Shown here piece by piece: positions 26,601 to 36,430 of a DNA stretch of 64,000 nt; position 1 is the stretch's first letter, and every line of letters starts with the position of its first letter. The position numbers were made by a program, and so were the translations under genes. Origin of the DNA: Klebsormidium nitens (Eukaryota > Plantae > Klebsormidiophyceae); the NCBI GenBank assembly GCA_000708835.1, contig DF237395.1, positions 12,380 through 76,379 on the forward strand, given 5' to 3'. The notes under the pieces were generated by a model, which saw only the letters and a program-made list of their open reading frames with translations, was not told the DNA's origin and did no database searches.

Positions 26601-28092
26601 GAAGAGTCAAGGCTTGCTCCGACTGCGACCGAACGAAGTCCGGGGGGGTGAATTCCGCCTCGTTAGCAGCCCCCAGGCGCAGAACGTCACGCTCCAACTC
26701 AGTACCGACACTGGAGCTTGGAGACCCGTCGGACGGTCCGTTTGGCTTGGTGGTTTTTTGCCCCCCCAGGTGGTTTGCCACCTGTCCCAAAAGGTGCTTT
26801 GCCGCGTTCACTCCCTGCTGCAGGGGGCTCTTTGGAGCTAGCGGACTGGCCCCCCCGGAATGTGGCGGTGTTGTTGCAGGCTGGCTGTCCGGATCGCTGC
26901 CACTTGGCGTTCTCACGTGCCGTCTCGGCCAGGGGCGCGCCTTAGCTGTCGTGACGGCTGGTAGTGCGGGGACTATATCTTCAGGGGAAGCGATTGTTTG
27001 GAGGGGGGGTAAAGCTGGCAGCTGTTCAAGGGGGGGAGCGCTTCTAGGGATGACCGATGACTGACCCCCCGGACAAATCGACTGCCCTTTTGACTGACTT
27101 GCGGAATGGGTATTGGAGGAGACGGACTGGCTTTGAGGCGGCCTAGAATCGTGAGCAGGCCTGGGCCCATTCACACTCTCGCTGTGTACTCTAGTCTCAG
27201 AGAAACTAGCTGCCCCCAATCTGGAAGTCTCCTTTGTTGCATACACGGCCGGCGCGGTTTCCGACCGGCCCCGTTGCTCATCCCCCCGCGGCAGAGGATC
27301 CGACGCCGCTTTGTCTTTCAGGAGCTGGGGAATGTGGTTCGCGAGCGCACTGGTCAACCCCGAGGCTCCCCTGCCGTCGCCGATCGGTGCGCTGCCCTGA
27401 CTGCTGACCACAAATGCAACAGGAGGGGGCAGCGAATCTGCTGGTTTCGGCTGTGGTTTAGAGTCAAACCCGATGGTTAACCGCCGCTCCCCCTCGCTGC
27501 TCCTCCTCTTCTCAAGCACGGCGCCCTTCCCTGCATCTTGATCAGTTCTCGACCCTCTTGCCTGGGTTGCAGATCCCCTCCTAGCCGGAAGGCTTCCCGG
27601 CGCGGGGGGGAGGTTGCTACTGCTCATCCCAGGCAGGGGCCCTCCCCCCTGGCTCTGCCAAAACCGTTCCCTGCGTTCCCGCACTGAGCTCGGACCCGAC
27701 TTCCACACCGCCAGGTCAGCGTCCCTGAACCCTGTCACTCCCTGGGGTGCAGACCCAACCGTTGCTGACCGCTCCCTTGCGAATGCTCTCGGTGAAGGCC
27801 CCTGAGCAACCGCCAAGTCCGGCCGCTCCCTTGAAAAGTCCCCCAGTGAAGTGCCCCGGGCATAGTCAGTGCCCCCAAAAGTGCGGCTTCGTTCCCTGGT
27901 GGAATCCTCCGACTGCCCCAGAGGCTGGATTTCATTGGCCACCGCATTGACGGACGCATTGACACTGCTTGGCGCATGGTCTTGAGGCTTGAGCCCTTGC
28001 GGCGTCGGACTTTTCTGAGCGTGTGGCAGCTTTGGTGGACTGGGAGGGAGGTCTTCAAACGCCTCAAAGAACTCGTCGTCTTCGTCTGCCAT
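20625..28092 (-). CDS. WDR44: WD repeat-containing protein 44-like (Rab11-binding WD40 family), about 1165 aa
   Basis: Exons 28092-26243, 25753-25529, 25036-24931, 24476-24172, 23126-22973, 22130-21899, 21250-20625, with phases consistent. Motifs: [107 protein letters not shown], and C-terminal VIVTANYQGEIRTFKNFG. The ORF track start at 28098 is TTG; the first ATG is at 28092. Confidence 0.93.
21639..21825 (-). repeat. Two intronic copies of the WDR44 exon 6 3' end + donor
   Basis: CACCTCGATACTTGCACTG(C/G)AGCTTCATCCCGTCGTACAC at about 21639 and 21761; the real exon end is at 21897-21940. Confidence 0.92.
22785..22837 (-). repeat. Single intronic copy of the last 48 nt of WDR44 exon 5 + GT donor
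   Basis: 22790-22837 matches 22973-23020 at 47 of 48 positions and is followed on the minus strand by GTGAG. Confidence 0.95.
23450..24171 (-). repeat. Intronic tandem array of about 6 copies (period about 110-130 nt) of the WDR44 exon 4 3' end + donor site
   Basis: Repeated minus-strand core (A)TGGACGAGTGCCTG...CACAGCGACTTTGT(G/C)AC|GTGAG, with copies near 24059, 23931, 23807, 23684, 23572 and about 23455. Confidence 0.92.
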
Positions 28093-29707
28093 TGTCAAGG
28101 CCGTGGAGATGTCTTTGCAAAGCTGCGAAAATGAACCAAAGTGATCGTTTCAGTAAGTGGTGTACAAGGGGCCGGCATAGCCGGCTATTCACAAAAGCGC
28201 AAGGCCCTGAAGAGAGTATCAAGCTTCAAGCAGGAGGAGAGTGAAGAACACTTTGCTTCAGCTCAATAAGCAAAGGTTCAGCTAGGCAAGGAACTCATGG
28301 TGGTTTCAATGACCACAACATAAAGTTGGCCAACCTGCAGTGTCTTTATTTTGAAGAGACCGTAACGGATAGGTCTGACATCTGAGGGTGTGATCGCAAT
28401 GAAACGCTAGCAACTTTGTATGCACTTTTTAAGATACACACACACACACGAGCTCGGTATGATGGTGTGGTTTAAGATGGTGTGGTCAAGTTGCTACGAT
28501 ACCCAGGCAAGAGAGTCATCAAATTTACAGAGCCAACCATTTAGCAATTGAGACTATTCGAGCTTCCATTCCAACTAATGAATTTTAGGAACGGAGCAGT
28601 CCAAGAGGCTCCCAAAGCTGGCAAGTCAAGGTCAACAATCTGGGGTCCACATTCTAAAGAGTTGCAATTACTCAGCTCCAAAGCAAAACCCAGCAAGGAT
28701 TGGTAATATCCGATTGTGCCTGCAGGAAGCTGGCCGTAAGCAATCTGTTTGACATATGACAAACACTGCCCCTGAAAGCACACCGCTCGATGCACACCAC
28801 TCCAGGAGCTTTGATGCTGCTGATTCAGATCAATTCTCAAAACTGTAGTCTCACCTCACGTCCATGCACCCCTGTCTGCTAAGTGCCCCTTCCTCGTGGC
28901 CCAGAAATCAAGCGGGTGAAGGCTTCAAACGTTTGGCCAACTTCTAAGGACAATTTGGCCTTCCTTGAGCAGCCACTCAATTCAGAATGAACTACTCCGA
29001 TCCAGAGCACAATGACCACCACGATGCTGCTCTCATGACCCTTCCAGCGACCTTTTCCACAGCACACCCACCCTCCCGTCACATAATACTGCCGTCAATC
29101 GCGCAGAGGTGGAGCAACGAAGTTTGAATGGGTCAAGGCTCGCCGAACATTGAGTTTTGGGAATCAACCATGGCGGCAGCTACACTTGAGAAATGATCTA
29201 GGCGGCTAGGCGGCAGCGAGAGACTGGGTCAACCTTTGGCATCGCCATAATGATCCTTCTTTCTTTCTGAAAAAGTCAGCTTCTCTGCGCCTCGAGTCTA
29301 GAGGTACCTAGACCGAGCTTGGCCAGCCTGGCACGTTCTTACGAGATCTTGCAAAACCGTTAGAGGTTCTTCCGAGCGGTGTTTACTTCGATAGTGTCAC
29401 GCAGACAGGAGCAACCATACCCGACTCGTAATGGCACCGTCTTCCGGTTTTGACCGGTTTCGAAAGTGTCTACACTTGGGAATGCGCCGCTAGGGGCCGA
29501 GCCTTCTGTGCAATTGAAATTGTGTGCGCAGTTGGTTTAATTGAAACTTTTGTAGAAATTCGAAGCCAAACCGTATGATGGTTATCCTCTTGGTCACAGG
29601 CCCTCCCGGGCTTTGATCACCACGAAAACACGCTTGCGACCCAGCTGAGAGCAGCCGGGGCAGAAACGCTACCTGCAGGTCAAGAGCAGGGTTACATTTA
29701 AGGGCTA

Positions 29708-29961
29708 CCAGTACTGCCATTGTGAATTCGCATAGAAAATAATTATTCTACCCCAGGTCGAAAAATGTCGGAAATTATTTGCAGCCTGGTCGAAAAGTTG
29801 AAATGGAAAAACAAGGACTTTTGGACCGAAAATGGCTCTTTTAGCAGGCAAAATGGGCAAAAACGAAAACAAAGATTAATTGATCTGGCCGATGCGAAAA
29901 GGGAAAAACTTTGAAAATAATTATTCGCGGACTTGGGGCGCGAATTCGAATGGCAGTACGG
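29708..29961. mobile_element. Candidate MITE (non-autonomous DNA transposon), Tc1/mariner-like TA flanks
   Basis: Left end TA|CCAGTACTGCCATTGTGAATTCGC; reverse complement of right end TA|CCGTACTGCCATTCGAATTCGC. Both arms carry an inner AATAATTATT. The interior is AT-rich and non-coding, and TA lies on both sides (29706-29707, 29962-29963). Confidence 0.6.
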
Positions 29962-30159
29962 TACTACCTACTTTCAAATTTTAACAAAGACGTGCAAAGA
30001 TGGTTTGATTCTGGAGGATAACTGCGCCCGAACCCTCGGAACCTGGAACCCTAATTTTGCGAGCGTTTTGTGGCAAAGGGACGCCCCTGAAATTTGAAAA
30101 GTCAATTCTCTGCTGTTGACATCGCTTGCTGGAGCGCGTTCCCTTCCAAAGCTCGCACC

Positions 30160-33100
30160 ATGGCGCATTCTGCAGCGTTGTTGGACGTTCGACTTGCAGC
30201 TTTTCCATCTCTAGAGTGCCAACAATGGAGAGCTGGCCTCGTTGGCCAGCTTTCACTTCCTTGCAGATTAGGGTTCCAACTTTCTTCCCAAAGCCAATGC
30301 AGCTCTTCTGTCTGCTGCCAGATATCCAAGAATACAGCAAAAAGACATACAGGCTTCTCTTACGGTGCCTCTAGCTCGAGATTCTCAAAAGAAAGCGCAC
30401 GTGAACCAAGAAAAAGTTTTAGGGTTTGTGCGCAAGGGAACGCTGATGGCAGTGGGGATGAGGTGGAAGCACAAAGACAGGCTTCGGCGGCGCAATCGGA
30501 GCCCAGGCCCGTTCAAGAGGTGGAGTCTGGGGAAAGAGGTGCGTCTTGTAGACAACAAGTGTTTTCTGGCATCCGTTACCGCACGCCTGCGCTCAGCGGT
30601 GTATTCATCCCTCGCCACCACATTTTGTATGTAAACCACCGTGGAGGAGGTATGATTTGATTGCTACTAAAGTCTATTTTGAGAGAGCAGCCAGAGAGCA
30701 GCCGACAATGTGCCACCACCAATCAAAATGATCCTGCTGCTGATTTATGAGGTGCAAATTACAAGTATGGATGTCAGCGTACAATTTGGAATAAAAGCAG
30801 AAGCAGTGTACCACCACTGACTTTCTGATGAGGTTTCATCTCGATTAACCTCATCAGGGGGCCAGTGTATTCGATTGTGATGAAGGATTGCATGGCTTGC
30901 GCAATTCTCCTCAATATTGAGTTGGAGTTGTACATTGTGATGTCCTTGAGAGCTCTGACACATGATTGTCCAGAAGACCTTCAATTTCGGACTACCCAGA
31001 CCCCCATTTGGTCCATGATGGTCCTCCTCCTTTGTTTGTGGTGCATCTCCCAGCTTGCGAATGACCGCTTCTGAAAGAAAGAAATGGTTCTGCCTGATGG
31101 CATGGCATTGCAGGTTTGTCAGCAATCACTTCACAACAGGGCAGTGCTCGTGATGATTCTAATGCGGACCACATGCCTAATTACTGAGATACAATCCTTG
31201 GATTTCTGTTGGCCCAGTGAGTGCCAGACTTCGTCACAATCGCTTTGCAAAGCTGGAAGCTCTACGCTTTCTCAAGAGCGTGTGGGACAGAAGGGAGACG
31301 GAGAGGATGCTGATGGAATCGTTCAAAGCGTCCACCCAAAAACACCGTCTCCGCCACCTGCTTGGAGCGGGTGAACACTTCTGTGCAGGGCAGTCTCTGA
31401 CCCTTTGTCTTCTCTGCAGTTGACACCGAGTTGAAGCTGAAGAGACAGTCCCAAATAGCCGTCCAGTTTGGTAAGTTCCTGAAAACCCGCTTTTGTGTAC
31501 ATGCGGCTGTCAGCGAGCTGTTGGTCTGCCCCCTGTCTCGGTTCGAAGGTCAATGATCCACCTTGACTCTCTTAGTCTCCCTGAGGTTCAAGGAACCTGG
31601 GATTTGCCAACTCAGGAATGCCCCACGTCGACAGACTTTGCTAGCCCGCAACAGGAGCGGCATAACTCTAGCTGCGCAATAAGGATGATGTTAAAGTTGC
31701 ACGTATGAAGAAGCAGAATCGAAGATCTTGGGAAGTAGACATCGGGGATTGCAAGTCAACGACACAACCAATTGCATCTTCCTCGTAGACATTCCCACGT
31801 CATGCTCATTTTGCCTTTGCCCTCCTCACAGGCCGGCACTACGAGATCATGTACCTGATATCTGAAAAGGAGATAGAGAACGTGCCACGCATTATCAATT
31901 TCTATCGAGGTAAGAGCTTCTTCTTGCGTTATTGGGCCAGCGCTTGATTGTATTCAACAACATTTCCACTCGAAGCGACCTCCGTCTTTAAAAAGCATGC
32001 ATTCAACGAGTCTCTATTCTCATATAGTGGTCGCCTGTCTGTTTTAAAAGCTATCTGAGCGGGACGACTTCCTAGCTCTTCAAAATTGTGAACCTCGAGT
32101 CCTTGAGATCCTGAATGTGACCAGGTATCCGAAGTCTCGTGAAGTTGACTGGGGTGCAGAAATAGCAGATTGCCTTTTTTGAATTAACGTTCAAGGTTGA
32201 CGACAGCCTCTCGACCATGATCAATTTTGAACAGCTTTTGCACTGCAGATATTTCTGGTTGTCAAGAGAGACGGTCTTGCCGTCGATCCTCCTCATTGTG
32301 TGTACGCTTCCAAACATGTCTTGGAGCTTTTGTTCCCCAATCGACGCTGAAGCGCCATCCTTCATTTTTAAGTTCGTATCTTAGTGGCCCAGGTTCTGCC
32401 AGTCAGGGTGTCCCTAGGCTGCCCATGATGATATTGTATTCAGTCTCTTATTTTGGCGGGGTCGGCCTGAGATAGATTTCAACAAGGCCTCATGACCGAT
32501 TCTTGACTCTTGAGGAGGCGGGTCATTGTGCAATCCGAAGTATAGAGCTCCGTCACAAATAGATTCCTTTCGAACAAGCCCGCTTTTCCACAGGCTGTGT
32601 AGAAAAGAACGGGGGCATCGTGTGGCGGCTGAACGACTGGGGCGTACGGCAGCTAGCCTACCGGATAAAGAAGCAGCGACGTGCCAACTACGTGCTCATG
32701 AACTTCGAGTGCATACCGGGGCTTATGGTCGCCATCGAGAAAGTGTGAGCTTTCCGGAACCACAACCTCGTCGAATACTCCAAGGCTACAAGCAATGCTA
32801 GCGTGAGAATTTCGTAGTGCGAGCCCCTGTGTAGATTTCAACGTTTGCCGAAGGGTTGTTCTGCTCATTACGCCTGGCAACCTACGGAAGAGTGTGGAGG
32901 TCTTTCTGAGAGCGTCTCGTGAGCAACCTCCCCTTGATCAACTGACGGTATGCCATCAATCTGCTACGAAGAGGTTTCCAAAATTTACCGGACGAGTTAC
33001 TGCTACTTCTATCCTCATCCGTCTCGTTGAGTATGGTGACAGTCGTTTCGGGTTTGTTAGAAAAGGATCGTAAATTGCGTTGTGCGATTCTGCTTTTGCT

Positions 33101-33891
33101 TATAACGGCGGGACTGCATTTCCAATACGATCGGCGGGCCTGGGTCTTTCGTACTTGCAATTAAACGTTTGCGGTATGTCTAGGCCCGGTATGTCTAGAC
33201 CGTGGATCTTCGTCGGGATTACTGCCCGCATTTTCGCCCAAACTTTGATGCAATTCCGTTTCCTGAAGTTTCGGGCTCCGTTTTAAACCCCTTGTTTGGT
33301 TGCATCCCGATCTTATGCTTCTGTTCGAGGGCCCTCAAAACACCTCGTTGTATGTGACCAGAGCCTTCGTGCAGCCGACCGGTGCAGATCGTTCTTTGAA
33401 ACTGAACTTGCCTTCGAAGTTGCGCGACTGCGTCTCTGTATCCTGGTTATCGAGCTTCGAGTCCTTGATTTCTTCACTTTTTTTCTAAAATGTGACACGG
33501 CGATCGAGTGACGGGTGCTCTTGCTGACTTGAGAATCCTATGTTGCAGAATGAGACAAGACCCCAGGATCATTCGGCAACTTATCGTCAAGCAAAAGCGC
33601 GCAATCACAAAGCCCTGCCCGCCGCCGCCTGAATACCGGAGGCCCGAGATCGGAAGCTTGCTTCAGAAAGACGATGATGGGAATATCATTGCACTCCAAG
33701 ATGAGGACGAGTGGGAAGAATACGATGAGTACGAAGAGTACGAGGAAGGTTTTGACGAGTTTGATGAAGGGGAGGAGGGCGACTTCTTGTTCGAAGAGGA
33801 GGACGAAGATGAGCTAGACTATGAGGAAGACGGGGAAGAGGACAGATTAGAAGGGGCAAAGCCGTCAAAGGAAGCCTTGAGACAACAATGA
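30160..33891 (+). CDS. RFC3: Plastid-targeted bacterial-type ribosomal protein S6 family protein, RFC3-like, with acidic tail (about 370 aa)
   Basis: Exons 30160-30649 (transit-peptide-like), 31420-31470, 31832-31909, 32594-32744, 33549-33891. Motifs RHYEIMYLI, VWRLNDWGVRQLAYRIKK..RANYVLMNF, DPRIIRQLIVKQKRAITKPCPPPPEY, then an E/D/Y/F-rich tail. The first two exons are less certain, and further small exons in 30650-31419 cannot be excluded. Confidence 0.85.
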
Positions 33892-35044
33892 AAAAGAATG
33901 TGAGGTGCGTTTAGTCTCGAGTCACAGCCATTCTTGTGCGGCCAGGTCGCTCATTTACATGGCAGCCTCTGAGTGACTTGGCGGCCTCGCTATACCTGCC
34001 AGCGTGACGGCCAGATGAGTCATGTACCATGTGCAAGTACCATTTCATGTACTAGAGATGTGCGCTCAGCGGCTGTCATTCACTGCATACTATTATAGTA
34101 CTGTGCTGCAGGTAAAAGACGTTGCAGACGGGCCGCGCTTTTGGTAGCGGGCAGGCTGTATGCACAAAAATACATTGGGTTGTGGCCGCCATGCGACGCA
34201 ATGATGCATGTCCCACATGATTTGAAGCCTGCATGGGCGGCCACGAATAGCTGCTCAGCTTCCTATCATACAAAGCGGCGGCTAGCGCCTTACATCCATG
34301 AAATTCAATCCAGGAGCCTGACGGTTAGAACCGTCAGTGACATACTGACACACATAGTAGCGTCCGGCCTTAACTGTACGATCGTTGCACTCATGATCAG
34401 CTCCGGCCCCGACCATGGGCTGGCATGCGTTGGACTCGGCACTGGGGTGGCAGTTATGATTGACCCGACATACCTAGTGTAACTCAAAGTACCTTAGTAT
34501 GCGATGGACTGCATATAAAAGCCCACCGTGACTGGTACTATTATAGCAAATCATGTGAATGGACAAATGAATGATCTCTGGCATGATGTCATACTCAGAA
34601 CAACAATTCAAGGGTCTGCATTTTGACAGATCGTGCAACCGAGTTGCGCCAACACCTTACTCTCAGTCTTAATCATCTCTTGGTATTTCAATGTGATGTG
34701 AAATAGTCGTAGTTAGTTTTCCGATGCACGGTGTCGCTGAGTGTATAGCTTCAAGTTCTTGATTAGCTACGCATGTTACCTGTCCATCTGATCACGTTCG
34801 CGCCACTGTAACCCCGATCTCGCACATTCCCGTCGCCGAGCCGAACCGGGTGCTTTTCAAGTCTGATATGCCGTGTATGTTATGTCAAAACAGTCTACGT
34901 CCATGATTACAGCTGTGGACAGAAAGGTCTGATCTCTAGGTAGTTTAGGATGACCGACATCATTGGGCTACTAACACTTCACTGTCAAAACTCTGGTACA
35001 CAACACTACGCATGTACATTTCCCGTTTTCATCCTCAACACTTG

Positions 35045-36430
35045 TTAACCTTGGTCGTCTCTCAAGACACTTTCCAGCCATCTCTGCGCAAAACTGTGGC
35101 CTTGATTGGCGGCCTTCTCTATCCATGCAACGGCCCTGCTCACATCGGTCTCCTCATCCCCATCCTTGCAACAAAGGCTTGACCTTACCTTCACATCCCC
35201 ATAGCCGTGGCCAGCAGCCTCTTGACAGTCTTCCACAGGGCGCTTATCTTTACGCCTCATGTCTTTTCCGACATCAGGGTCCCGGCCTAAGGCCGGTCTA
35301 CTTCTAATTTCAGCCTGCCCCTGCTTTGCTACCCTTTCATTCAACTCTAACAAACTCTCATCAACTTCCGCATCTACGAAAAGGTCCCACAGGATGCATT
35401 GAGCGTCTGTATGGCCTTGGTCACCAGCCTTTATGAGCCACTCCTCGGCGTGAGCCCTGTTGCTTTCCACGCCCCTTCCTTCCCGCAAGTAACACCAACC
35501 TAAGTGGTTCTGAGCATTGACCTGACCCCGTTCCGCAGCCTTTCTAAACCACTGCACACCGCGTCCCTTGTTCTCTGCGACCCCCTTTCCATTATAGTAA
35601 CACAAACCAATCTCGTATTGCGTTGTTGCGTCCAGGTTCAGACATTTCAGAGCTCTGAGGCTTTGAATCACCGCAGACAGTGATTGGGCGCCATCGAACT
35701 CTATCGGGTTGCCCGACAAGTCAAGAAACGTCAGCGCTTGAAGCTTCCCAAGGCCTTCTTCGCCCAGAACCGCTTCATCGCCCCTTAGCTTGTTCCCGGA
35801 CAGGTCTAGGCTCGTCAAAGCTGTGAGGTTTTGAATGCTGAATGGGTGCCACTGACTGTTCCTTGAGAGTCTGAGCTTGACAAGAGAGGTGAAAGTGTTG
35901 AGCGCTCCACTCAATGTGTACAGTCCATCGCCCCCACAATCCCAGACCTCCAAACTTGTGAGTTGCCGAAGGCCCCCAAGGCCTGCTAGGAATCCAGAAG
36001 TCAGACTGCTTTTGGACAAACGCAGGCTGGTGAGGTTAGTCAGGAAGTGGAAAGCGGGAATCCAACCAGAAGAAGGACTAAGTCTGCAAAAATGAAGCGC
36101 TTCTAGAGCTGACAGCTGCCGAACACGCTCGATTATCCAACATAATGGATATGAATTCACATTTTTCAAAGTCAGGCTTTCAAGGTCTGGGCGGGCATCA
36201 AGGAAAGCCACAAATGAACTTGCTTTTCCTTCCTGAACCGTGTGCGTCTCACCCCTGAGATCAAAGAACACGCAGTGTGTTTTGCGTGCAAGCTCCCTGA
36301 ATTGCATGCACACTAGGCTAAGGTTTGCGTATGCAGCGCCAGAGGACGCAATCACCTCCTGGAAGATGAGGAGGATCAACTCCTCAGGCAGCACTTCGAT
36401 CCCCGCCGCCTTTGCTCTTTGACGCTGCAT
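35045..36430 (-). CDS. Intronless F-box + leucine-rich repeat + Sel1-like repeat protein, 461 aa
   Basis: Uninterrupted ORF; first ATG at 36430 (the track start at 36568 is TTG). F-box-like segment IEVLPEELILLIFQEV...LSLVCMQFRELA. About 6 LRRs (LTNLTSLRLS, LTALTSLDLSGNKL, LQALTFLDLSGNPI). Sel1 repeats TQYEIGLCYYNGKGVAENKGRGVQWFRKAAERG, AQNHLGWCYL..GRGVESN..HAEEWLIKAGDQG, AVAWIEKAANQGH. Confidence 0.88.
   Translation of the reverse strand: MQRQRAKAAGIEVLPEELILLIFQEVIASSGAAYANLSLVCMQFRELARKTHCVFFDLRGETHTVQEGKASSFVAFLDARPDLESLTLKNVNSYPLCWIIERVRQLSALEALHFCRLSPSSGWIPAFHFLTNLTSLRLSKSSLTSGFLAGLGGLRQLTSLEVWDCGGDGLYTLSGALNTFTSLVKLRLSRNSQWHPFSIQNLTALTSLDLSGNKLRGDEAVLGEEGLGKLQALTFLDLSGNPIEFDGAQSLSAVIQSLRALKCLNLDATTQYEIGLCYYNGKGVAENKGRGVQWFRKAAERGQVNAQNHLGWCYLREGRGVESNRAHAEEWLIKAGDQGHTDAQCILWDLFVDAEVDESLLELNERVAKQGQAEIRSRPALGRDPDVGKDMRRKDKRPVEDCQEAAGHGYGDVKVRSSLCCKDGDEETDVSRAVAWIEKAANQGHSFAQRWLESVLRDDQG

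Noticed and set aside
20625-28244. Many overlapping 60-250 aa ORFs on both strands over WDR44 (e.g. 20785-21456, 24400-25170, 27106-27480)
   Set aside because: They are alternative-frame or antisense shadows of GC-rich exons, or exon-plus-intron read-throughs.
31270-31370. Possible extra RFC3 exon (SVWDRRETERMLMESFK...)
   Set aside because: It would need a 49-nt intron before 31420, and a phase-compatible acceptor is unclear. Left out of the model.
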